Shown here one piece after another: positions 1 to 11,485 of a stretch of 64,000 bases of DNA. Both the position numbers and the translations under genes were made by a program. Each line of letters begins with the position of its first letter. Position 1 is the first letter of the stretch. The notes under the pieces were generated by a model, which was given only the letters and a program-made list of their open reading frames with translations, was not told where the DNA came from and made no database searches. This DNA is from Thalia democratica (Eukaryota), in the NCBI GenBank assembly GCA_965202585.1, contig OZ241826.1, positions 85,808,001-85,872,000 on the forward strand, given 5' to 3'.

Positions 1-111
1 ATATAAAATACTAGTAAAGGTAAAGTTCTGGTTTTATAGCTAAAATTGGACTAGAATTGGCTTATAAAGGCAAAAATTTTTAAGTGATTATTAATAACCG
101 AAGTTTTAGAC

Positions 112-440
112 CAGGAGTCGGCAATATGCGGCCCGCAGGCAAAAACCTGCGGCCTGCGAGTTCCTTTTCAGCCAAAAATATACATTTAAAAAACAATAAA
201 ATTTAAAGATTTTGTAATTAAAACTTACATTCAGGCCTGTAATTTAACAAAAACTATTTATTATTGCTCTTGTTTTACTTAGGTTATCATATTTTTTATT
301 AAATTTTTTTTTAATGGTTACTAGAACTTCTTTTTAAATAAATGCGGCCCTCAAAGGTTTTTTTTTACAAATAGTGCGGCCCGCGAGCATTTTTTCTTAG
401 AAAAGTTAGCCCGCGAGTTACATAAAGCTGCTGACCCCTA
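112..440. mobile_element. Non-autonomous hAT (Charlie-like) DNA transposon / MITE, 329 bp, downstream of ZF-A exon 2 (probably intronic)
   Basis: Imperfect terminal inverted repeats: CAGGAGTCGGCAA at 112 and CTGCTGACCCCTA ending at 440. Flanking 8-bp near-direct repeats TTTTAGAC (104-111) and TGTTAGAC (441-448) match at 7/8 and resemble the Charlie NTCTAGAN target. Several internal GCGGCC(C/T)G repeats; a GC-rich island in AT-rich DNA. Confidence 0.8.
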
Positions 441-792
441 TGTTAGACCATATAGTATAATACATAACTTAAACCTTAAAAATTGAAATAAGTAAAATAA
501 CTATAAACTTGCTTTTCATTCAAATTAATTATTTTCAGAATTAAAAAACTATTTCATTGAAAAAACTTACTTCATTATTACTTGTTGAGAGCTTTACAAA
601 ACTCGTTTGCCTAAGTTTTAAGAAAATAAAAGATAAAAGGCGTTTTTGGTATAGAATTTTTTTTTTGAGCTAACAAAATTAAACTTTCAAGTATAAATAA
701 AGTAGCGTTTATTTGAATTCGTTGCTTTTGTTTTTAAACTAACACATATCTAGTCAATGCTTTTTAATTTTAAAATTAAAATAACAGAAAAC

Positions 793-3291
793 CTCAGTTT
801 TATTTTTAGTTTCTGTCAGTTCATGGTCACATTTGCTTAATGACGTCATACTTTTTATTATACCCTTTTTTACGTTACAAATGTTTGATGACGTAACACT
901 TTCAATTTCCGCTCTACTATAAGAAGATCCCGCTTCAGAGTTTGTTTGATTTTCAGTTGAGGGAGTTTTATCTGATAAATATTGTGAAGTAATATAATTT
1001 GTTTAAAGAAAATTTTGCGTCAGTATCATATCACTTTTTATGATTCTGACTTTTATAATAAAGAATTTATTAATGAAAATATTGTTTTAAACTTTAAATG
1101 TGCAAAAAAGTTATTATAAACGTTTCAAGTAAAAAAATAATCCGTTCTTAAAATATCGAGCCGAATTCATACTGTTTACATAAGTTACTTTGTTCAAGTA
1201 TAAGTTTTAAAAGTTTGTTTAAAGTAAAGGTCGCATAACAAAAAGTTAATAGTAAGATATTAATTTTTTGAGCTGAATGCTTTTACTTGATAAGATAAGA
1301 ATACTTTAAAACAAGATTCAAGTTAAAACCGCAGTAAGCAATAAGTTAGTATTTAAAAACTTAATTGTTGTTAACTATAAGTATTAGTACAGTTATATTA
1401 ATTTTATTAGTGATTTAATTTTAGATATTATTAAGTATATACTTTGAAAATAAAAAAAATATTAAAATAAAAGAAAAAAACTTATTAATTTCACAACAAC
1501 CAACATTAAATAATTCGGTAAACAACAATTTTATATGTCAGAAAATATTATTTAGGTAAATTTTACTGTTTTATACAATTTGTTTTAAAAGTATTTGAAA
1601 CTTTCAACGGAAATACAAATATAAGTCATAAGCAAACACCTGGTCAAACTTTTTTTTGATAGGAAAGACAATTTAAAGCATCATTAACCACGTAATTTAC
1701 AAATAAAATGTGCACATGAGAGTTTCATCCAACTGTATAATTTTGAATTTTTGAACAAATTTTTGATTTGTTTTGTTTTTTAGAAATACAGTTTAATATC
1801 TTTAAAATAAACTTAAAGACTGATTTTTAATATTTTTGATACCACACCTACGATATAATGAAATAATACAATTTATTTTATTAGATTGTAAAATTTGTTC
1901 TCAATCACTTGATTTAAAGTTTTTAAAACCGTTGTATTATAATTATTATTAATTTGCATTAAAGAAATTTAAGTATATATGTTTTCTGCTTTTAGACAAA
2001 CTATATTTTATTTATAGCTTAACTGTTATTACTTGTATTTTGAAGTATTATAATGTTCTAAAACTAAAAAAAGTAGTTTTTTATGTAAGAAGCTCATTTA
2101 AAGTCTTTGTATTTGTTTTAAACTTTTACCGCTTAGTGCATACTTATTATCCTGTATACAAGGTAAAACATAGCTCTAAAATACATCTTTAATATCTAAA
2201 AATTTACGCAGAGTTTTAATATATTTATTATTAAAATCAAAAACTAAGTATAACTTCTTTCACTATAATTGGCATGAAATACTATATCTATCTGCTTCAA
2301 ACATTCTGAGCTTAAAAAAATTTAATAAAACGCACTTATTCAAAAGCAGTAAACCGACTTGAAGTGTCAGTAACGATAATATATTAAATAAACTGTCATT
2401 TTTGCTACAAACCAAAAAATTTTTGCAAAACTGAACGCATTGTATAGGGCGTCACTAAATTTATTTTATTGTCAAAATGTTTAAAAAGTACTTGTAAAAT
2501 TTCATAAACTATGTTCTCGAGCTTATTTTAAAGTTTTTCACAAAGTTTTATCAAGAGAATCTTTAAAAATATATTGAAGATTTTACTGCTTTGTTGTAGA
2601 AAGAGATTCACTACAATCTATAATAGTTTAAAAGTATTTGTTAACATTTAAAATGACTATTCCTTAATACAAAAGCTTTAATTTTAGTAGTTATGGCGAA
2701 ACTATTTTTTAAATTTAAGCAAACTTTCTTTCTTTGAGATATTATCTTAAAATATAATTTAATCAACCCGATAAAAAACTATTTCAAAATCACTGTTAAA
2801 TAAAGTTACACATACAATCTTAATCTGAAATTACAAGTTGTTTGGTTTTCAATAAAAATAACGATGATAATATGCTTATACAGCAAATTTATATAGTTTT
2901 AAAGTTAATTTAGGAAAAAACTTGACAATAAAGATACATATTTGATGAATAAGTTAATGTTTGTAAATCATTTACAAAATATAATTTAAACTAAAAGTAT
3001 ATAGTTACATAAAAAAATTGTTAATATAAAAATTTATTTATAGGTTGTAGTATAAAGCTAATTTTTTTTGTACATCAGGTCTTTAGTCGTAACGGGTTTA
3101 GCGATTTTCTTCTTTCATATAATAATCAATATTAATACAGCATGCTTAAAAAATCACTTACCTAATGATGAAGTCTCATTTAATTGTGACGTAAAATGAG
3201 GTAATTTATTGGATAGATGTGACGTCATAACACAAACACTTTGCATTAAATTTGGTGTTTGTTTCGTATGGTCTTGCTTAAATTTCGGCAT
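793..3291 (-). CDS. ZF-A: 5' part of a family member (exon 1 3291..3162, exon 2 971..793); the rest would lie left of the window
   Basis: Exon 1 reads MPKFKQDHTKQTPNLMQSVCVMTSHLSNKLPHFTSQLNETSSL+G (130 nt, as in paralogues) and ends at a GTAAGT donor. Exon 2 follows a TATCAG acceptor in matching phase and reads DKTPSTENQTNSEAGSSYSRAEIESVTSS...KTE, ending at GAG|GT. No stops or frameshifts. No recognisable exon 3 within the window, so functionality is unproven. Confidence 0.7.
1631..1700 (-). promoter_or_regulatory. Intron-1 element II (about 65 bp: GTGGTTAATGATGCTTTAAATTGTCTTTCC...CCAGGTGTTTGCT) in ZF-A
   Basis: Conserved in six places. Contains TAATGA, ATTGT and CAGGTG cores; no conserved acceptor or open frame. 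Confidence 0.55.
2516..2524 (-). promoter_or_regulatory. Intron-1 element I, partial copy (AAGCTCGAG) in ZF-A
   Basis: Same position in intron 1 as the five exact 14-mer copies; the 3' part has diverged. Confidence 0.45.
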
Positions 3292-4814
3292 GCTTTGATA
3301 AATATTTTACTTAGACTCTACAACATAAACAAGTTTCAAAAAACTATTATCAAACTAAAAAAAGGTATTAAGTTATAAATTTTGCTGATAAGAAATATAA
3401 AAATATAAAACAGAAAAGAAAAGTATAATACTTTCTTTCGAACTACATGTATGTATACGCTACAAGTACAAATGAGAATATTTCTATATAACTTATTTTT
3501 AAATAAAACTCCTGTTTAAAAATAACTGCTTATCATAAATAAAACTTTGTTATGAAAAATAAAATTTTCAAATGACACTTGAACATTAGAACAAGTTTGT
3601 ACTGGAAAATCTAAACAAATAAATTTAGCGACAATCACTTTCTACAAAATCTGAAAGAACTTATAAAAAGCATTTTCTCTTCGTCAGGCTAGCACCTTAA
3701 GCGGCCAAAGAACAACTTTGTTTTGTTGTGGTAGACTACCTTGAAATATATTTATGTTGGAAATCAGTTTGGTAACAACAAATATGATTACACAAATGTT
3801 CTCGATTTACAAGACGACATACATTTCTTGATAAGTAAATATCATAGTTTTGTGAGGTCATTGAAGCACTTTCATTTAAAAAACTGTTTAATTAAAAAAA
3901 AAAAAAAAGATAACAAAAAGTACTTTGTTAAGATTATATAAATAATTGTGAAATTGTAACTTATGTTAATTTTATCAGTTTTACTCTACATAGCATAAGG
4001 AATATTTTTATAAAAGAATACTTAAAGTATCGTTTTAACAAATAAGTCAATTGCTAAAACTTTAAGTATTTTCAACAAAATAAAGTTTTAAAGAGCTTGA
4101 AGTCAGATTTTATAAACAGAAATCAAAAGTTTTTTAAAAATAGTTAGATATTTTGTTTAAATGTTGAAAAAACAATGAAATATTCAAATAGCTTTTATAA
4201 CTAATTTGTTTTATTTTACTACTGCTAACATAGAACCCTAATTATTTTGTTTTTATAGTAATTTTAAATATCTATCTGCGATGATTTCACAAAAATAAAA
4301 ATAAAAAATACTTTTGTCTAATAACTTAAATACTAAATTAAACCAGTTGCTAAAAAATTTATTATTTAAATGACTTTAATCAAACATCTTAAACTTTTAT
4401 TTTTCTTAATTTGTGAACTGTTAACTAGGTTATAAACGTATCGTTTATTAAATTGCTCCTAAAAACAATTGATGAATATTAATTATATTTCTAGTACTCT
4501 TTTAGTTGAGAAAAAACTTAAAAGCTTAGTAATTTTGTGTTATTTTGTTATTTAATTAAAATTGTATATTTTTATAATATTTAAACATTTGATTAAAAAA
4601 AAAAAAATTGACAGATACTTTAACTTTATTAAAGAGCATAAATTACTAAGCTATAAAATATAAAAACGAACCTAAGCAATTGAGATAATATAAAACTCAA
4701 AACTAATTCTCAAAAGCTTAGTAAAAACAGTCATTTGAAAAAAAAAAAACTATATCTTAAGGTCTAAACTACACACACCAACTGAGGTATAAAGCATTAG
4801 GTAATTTAAAACAA

Positions 4815-4855
4815 AACGTAGACTAGCACCTCAGTGCTGTTTGTCATTTGTTACT
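4815..4855 (-). promoter_or_regulatory. Upstream conserved element with near-palindrome TAGCAC-CTCA-GTGCTG (ZF-A)
   Basis: About 40-bp block shared with 17762-17800 and 42455-42495, degenerate at 32201-32230; 1.2-1.5 kb upstream of each ATG. Confidence 0.5.
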
Positions 4856-7236
4856 ATTTATTTCTTGTTAGGCACATACAATGCTTACGTAAGAAAATAC
4901 TTCTTTATTCTGAAACATATCAACCCTTAAACAGTTTTTAATATACTTTACAACTTGTTCGTTTTAACTGTACATTATAACTGGTAAAAATTCTTTTACA
5001 ATTGATTAACTTATGTTGAAACAATTTAACACATCTCTAAAGTTAAGAAAAATAAACCTTTTTTTTTATAAATTATTAACTATAATCAAATTAATTTAGT
5101 ATTAATACTTTTATACATAAAAACTAAAACCAAAACATTTGATAACTTGTTATAAAAAATTTTACAAAATAATTTCAAATATATTAGAAATTTTTCTAAA
5201 CTAGAATTTTGAGCTTTCTAGATTCTTTTTGTCTAGATCTTTTAATACAAAGTACTAAAAGATTATAACCCTTTTTAAATCTAGCTTCCTTAGTAAATGT
5301 TTTCTTTTAAAGTCTTGTAAAAAATTAGTAGCGTTAGTGTTAATTAAAATTAAAGAAATTAAGAAAGTTAAAATTCACACAATACAGCAAATTCTTCTTA
5401 CAAAACAATATCGGTTTAAACTTTTTCCCTTGAAAAGCTGTAAAACTATAGTGAAAGATGCGTTTATTTTCCGCCTACTTATTTTATGCATACATTTCAG
5501 TTTTATATTTAAAATTTCTAAACAAACTTTATTTTTAGTTACTTTTAGCATTAAACTAGTCTTTATAAAAACATTTTATAGATATATATACATTTTTTAT
5601 GAAATAAAAATAAATTTTTTGAATAAATTTTCCTAAAGAAAAATTCAAAACCTACAAAACTTAGTAAAAAAAAGTGCCGTAAAGTTTACTTATATTTTAA
5701 AAAACATTAAGTTTACTTGAAAAAGATATACAGTGATAGAATGTAAAATAGATGAGTTATTATTTACTTTTGTTTATTATTATATTTTCTGCTTGTCAAA
5801 CATATCTGAACAAATACTAATAACAAATTGCTGAACTTGGAAGTTTTTTTTAATTCAAATGTTTTTTTGTTAAATAAACATACAGTTTGTAAATGTTAAA
5901 ATGTTGTAGAAAAACTCTATCATAAATTTTTTCTTTTGAACCTATGCTTTAAATACGTTTTTCAAATAAAATCTTAAAGAAAACTTTGAACTTCTGAAAA
6001 AATTATTCAAAATTAGACATATGTGATTCGAAATATTATAATAGTTAACTTTAGTTGAATTAAAATAAATAACAAGTAATACATAAAAACTTTAATAAAC
6101 CGCAGATTATATAAGTATCTATTTTTTAAATAATATACAATGATTATGCGAACGTTTTTGTTTAAACCCGTAAGTTGTACTAAGATTTTGCAGTCGTTCT
6201 CAAAACAAATGATTCTGTAATAAATCTTGTGACTTCTTACAAGGTTCTTAATTTTTACAGTTTTTCGTTTACTTACGAAAAAAATGTGTTAATTATACAA
6301 CTTTTAAATTTGTTGATAGACTTAATAAGAAGTTTTTTTTTTGTTGAACTTATGGTAGGTTTATATTTTAATTGCAAGTTTTGCTTATTAAACGTCAAAA
6401 AAGAAACAACTATATTTACAATTTAAAGGATTACATTAGTTATCAAATTAAACTATTATTAAAGTTATATATATATATATTATAAAAAAATTTATATTCA
6501 AACTAAATGAATTTTATTGTTTAAAATGTACTTAAACTTGTTCAATAAACTGTATTTATTTAATAATTTGCTTCATGTTTTCTGAAAAGCTGAGTAATCA
6601 AAATTGGCAACCATTTAACATAAAAAAAGATTCAAAATTAAAATTTTTGATTAGATCTTTATTTGAATAGATCTTTAGTTTGAAAGTATTGTGCTTTTAT
6701 CAGCTGTTTATAAGAATGCAATTAATCATCTAAATTATTTTCTTCTAGCTCCTATTAGATAATGCTTCAATTTCGTTCTTAATTGCATTTTGATTTATTT
6801 ATATACCATTTTTGAAACGTGTAAATAATTTTAAATCTTTTAGATTTAGAGTTTTGTTATTAGGGATAAAAAAATATTAAAAAATAGCTTATTGGTACAT
6901 ATTAACTTTTAAATAGAATATTTTAATCATAAAACTTTCACCAAATTTCAAAGGTTATTTTAAATTATTTTTTTCTTTTCCTTGTAAAATTGTATTTAGT
7001 TGTTTAAAGCTTTAACATCTGACAGCTCACAGTAATTTATTTTTAAACACAAATAACCAATGATTTGAAGAATTTAGCTTTAATAATACCGTCACCACGA
7101 AATTTCTATCCGTAATTTTTAAACTTATACTTTGTTTCATATTTAAAATAATTAATTTAATTCTTTATAAAATCTGATAAAATTCCTTTAACTTGTGTAC
7201 ACATAAAATTTTCTAACTATATACATGAGCCTATAC

Positions 7237-7313
7237 TTTATTAGCAACTATCAGTACTCACTTTTTATTTTTTTACAAAAAATAAAAAGTGAGTACTGAT
7301 AGTTGCTAATAAA
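7237..7313. repeat. Perfect 37-bp inverted repeat (hairpin/cruciform) with 3-nt loop
   Basis: 7237-7273 TTTATTAGCAACTATCAGTACTCACTTTTTATTTTTT is the exact reverse complement of 7277-7313; the loop is TAC. Confidence 0.95.
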
Positions 7314-7518
7314 TTTTTTGTAAAATAAATAAAAATTTATAGTTAATAAATCAAACAGAAAATTAAATAACTTGATTTAAATTTAATCAAAAACCACTTA
7401 AGCAATTAACACATTCTTCTCACAGCCTAAGAAATATTTGTAAACAAAAGCATCGTATAAAACGTCACAAGATTTTTTTGAGCGACATATTTGAGAAATT
7501 TTTTGTATTTAAGAATGC

Positions 7519-7532
7519 AAGCCCTCGAGCTT
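7519..7532 (-). promoter_or_regulatory. Intron-1 element I (AAGCTCGAGGGCTT) in psi1
   Basis: Exact 14-mer shared by five paralogous introns while the flanks diverge. Confidence 0.55.
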
Positions 7533-10500
7533 TATTAAGCCTTGACATACTAATAATAACTAAAAAATTCTCAATTTCTACGGTTTCATGTCAACTTACA
7601 ACTACTATGGTAAATTTGTGTAATGATGTATTTATGATAAGATTAATAACTTATGAGAAAAAAAAATTAAAACTACAATACATATTTTTAGAATGACTGG
7701 TTTTTTACAAGATAATTCAAGCTAAACTTAAATTTTTGTAATTTACAGTTTGTGCAAACTAATAAATCTAAAATTAGTTTATGAATGAAAAACAAAACGA
7801 CCATATTAAAAACATTTTTGTGTTACTAGGTTCGATATACACTTTTTTTGAAACAATTTGTAAACAAAACTTATTTTTAGTAGATAACACGTCGTTACTA
7901 CATATTTAACTTATTTTAAAGATTTATTGTTATCACATTATACCTATTGAAATCTATTTAATTTTAGTTTGTACCTTTTTACTATTTTCGGAGTAGTTTT
8001 ACGTTTAAAACGTCTAAGACTAGCAAAAGTTATTGACATACTTTTATTTTATCGTTTGATAACATAGTTAAAACTTGTTTTAACATATTTTATTTTTATA
8101 ATTTGTTTTTTGTATCAAAAAACACATAACAATAATTTTTTACGTTTAATAACTTCTTCTTTTATAGATATCAACAACTTAGTTATTATTTCCGTTGAGC
8201 TAACAAACACACTACATATTTTAAATTACTTCCTAAATAGTGATCCTATAGTAATACAAATTAAAACAATACTTTGCAATCGTTTTTCTACTGTGCACAA
8301 ATAGTTACAGAAAAACAGTGTATACACATAGTATTCTTTAATTTCCAATGAAATCATTATTGTATTTATTTGTGTTTAATAAATACTTCAGTCAGCTATC
8401 AAAATTTAACTAGAGCAAAAGTTTAATTTGTTAAAAAAAACATGTTTAAATTGCTATGTACGGTAAACTTGTTAATATATACACAACTGCTCAACCTGTA
8501 AATTTCAGAATTAGTTTTCAAATAAATTTACCTTTAACATAAAACTTTATCAACTACATCGATGTAAGTTTTTATACAACTTTATGAACTATAAATATAA
8601 AGTTTTGTTTCTTATTTACCATTTGATAAAGTCTTTTTCATTGGTGACGTAATAATGCAAATGTCTGTCTTATATTTAGATTTTGTTTATGGTGCTCCTG
8701 CTTATATCGCGGCATTTCTTATTAAAATTGGTAAAATTCTAGAACAACGTACTAATAACATTTAAGTTTTTTAGTTTTTTTTTACGGATTTTTACAAGAC
8801 AAAGTTATAAAAAAATTTAACAAATTAAAAACAAGTAAACTAGATTTTAACTTTACATATATAAAACTTATTAAATAGTTTTTTACTGTTTCGTAATCAA
8901 TAAACATAGTTAGAATTTAGTACAATATTTTTAGTATAAGTTGTTAGTAAAATGTTTTTAAACAGCACAAAACCAACTCTTTGACTTTTTGCATGCCTTG
9001 TACATTTATAATTTCTTTAAGACGGCGTTTCAAACGCATTTAAACTTTAATATATACAAATTTCAGGCTTAAGCTGATGAAGGACAGTAACTTAATTTTT
9101 GTTGTTTTTTAAACTGTAAATAGAAATTAATATGCATTTAAAACAAAAATTACAAAAGAATTTTATAAAGTACTAAGTTTAAAAATAATTCAAGTTGTAA
9201 TTCGTAACTTTATTGTTTAAAAGATTTGGTTCTTTAAATTTCAGAAACATTTTGTATAAAGTATTTTAATGTTAAATGAAAATCATATCGATAAAGGTTT
9301 ATTCAAAATAGTAGTTTTTAATGTTCCTTAGTCTCGTTTATCAAATTGGTTTTTTGAAGTATTAAGCAGATACAATTTAAAAACGCCCTTCGATTTGATT
9401 AATCTAACGATGATATAATTAGTATAGGAACTGTGCTATGGTTCTGATTTAAACTTGTTAATTTTAAAACGTTACATATGTTTTATAACTATTTATTTAT
9501 CACATGTTATCTAATGTATAAAATAATAGCGAAAAATATTAATAATTATCATTGTAGATTTTTTTTATAGGTTTACATGTAAATAATTTATCTTTTAACT
9601 CACTTTTAGAATTTTTGTTAAAACATCAAGATTTTAAAAACAAAACGTTTGACATTATTTTTATTATTTAGAAAATAGTTGAAGTTCATTAACGATAGTT
9701 ATATAAAAATAAAAATTATTATTCTAATAACTAATTTTGTACAAAAAAATGTTTTAGATAAAAAATTTTAGGTCGTATTTTAGAGTAAAAGCGTAAAATG
9801 TGAAATTTGTTTTATTTTAAAGCAAATATTTTTAAATTTAACCTTTTCATTAAATTTGGCACGTCCAAGTATTTATATTTAATACTGTCGAAGCAAACTT
9901 TTTAAATTTAATCCAAGTTTAAGTCAGTAGGGTGGGAAAGATTTAAGATAGATTTAAATTCGCTAAAACACTTATTCAAGTGAAAACAAAAATCAACCAG
10001 AACTTGTTACAATGTTTATACTTTAGATTATTGAAGCTTAACCAAATCAGGATGTTAAAAATACAATTGAAATACTTAGAACTTGACAACTGAATATGGG
10101 AAAATAAAATTGCAGAACTAATACGTTTGCTTCTATGGATTTTTATGAAATCCTTGGAATAAAAAGTATTTTATTTTTGGGTTTTAAACCACTATACATG
10201 CGAAATTTTGATTTAGAATTTTTATGCAAAAATAATCATTAAATACAATAAAATACAGTATTAAATATGTGCATAGGTTACTATACATATAGATTTTTTA
10301 TTATAGGCAAATGATTAAAGTCGTGTATTACAAGTAACAAAACTAGAAAAACTAAATTGCTTAAAAGTTATCATATAAAATTATTATTCTAAAAGTAACT
10401 TTTTTAAAGACTAATCTTAGTGCAAAGTTAAACCAAGTAGCTAACTTACTGATAATGACATAATTTATAAATATGAATATTAAGTTTATTTAAATGACAT

Positions 10501-11485
10501 TAGCTTAGCTTTCTTTTAATTTATACAGAAATAATTAAAATTTTGCTACAAAGTAAAGATCTGAATTACTCAGATGGCAGTTTTAATCTTTAAAAAAACG
10601 TTTCTACGCCATTTTGAAAAATTTAGTAGAAATAAAAACGTCATAAAACGTTTAAATTGTAATTTCAAAAATATTTTATTGTGATAGATTAAAATAAAAT
10701 TTAAATCAAAAAAAAGATGTGAACATGATAGTTTGTTTAGTCGTACTAAAACTTGATCACAAATACACTAAACATAATTTTCAATAACTAAAAATACGTT
10801 TATTTTAAAATTTAAATTCTAAATTAGCAAAGTAAACGCTTCCAAATATCAATAATCTAAACAAACTAAAGTTTAGAACAATTCTTTTTGAGGCTGTTCA
10901 TTATTACGGCTGTAGCCATAGTGTTTTAAGAGTAAATCAAAACTATTTCAAATAAATTAAGCATGTTTTTTAACTTATCAGCAAAGTTTGAAAGTTATTA
11001 ACCAGTAAAAGGTTTTTTTAAATTGACAGTAAACCTTGTTCTTATTCTTAAACAAATGTATAAAGTTTGTTTAAAAACGGTATTAATCAAATAAAGTTTT
11101 TTGATTTTTGTAATATTAAAATATCCGTAATAAAAAACACTTGAAATAAAGTATATTTTACATTTTAGGATAAAAAAAGTAAAAGACCAAAAAAGTTAAG
11201 CGTAATAAAATTAGTTGTTATTAGTAAAATTGTACTTTATATACCAAATAAATTTTAAACAATTAAATGCAAATATTAAAATATAAAAACTCCTTGTTAA
11301 AAAATAACTTAGTATAAAACTTATAGTAATAATACAGGTACATATATTTAAAACTTTGTAACTTGTATAAAAAATGTTTAACAATATTGAAAACAAAAGG
11401 TTAGTGTATTTTCTATTTACTTTATTAGCTGAAAAATGCTAGTAGAACATTATTACAAGAACAGTTTTTGATCTTTTTTTAAATG

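Larger units (their letters stand above)
6500..8715 (-). pseudogene. psi1: truncated remnant (exon 1 8715..8620 plus part of intron 1; no exons 2-5)
   Basis: ATG CCG CGA TAT AAG CAG GAG... is homologous to exon 1. It is 96 nt with a 1-nt deletion (ACA TTT GC ATT) that gives TGA, and ends at G|GTAAAT. Intron-1 elements at 7519 and 6715-6830 match psi2. The left boundary is approximate; sequence near 6.1 kb matches upstream (promoter-side) DNA of other copies. Confidence 0.7.

Noticed and set aside
3741-11396. Short track ORFs at 3741, 5337, 6229, 7478, 8110 and 11211
   Set aside because: F/I/L/K/N-rich translations typical of AT-rich non-coding DNA, and the frame is not conserved in paralogous segments.
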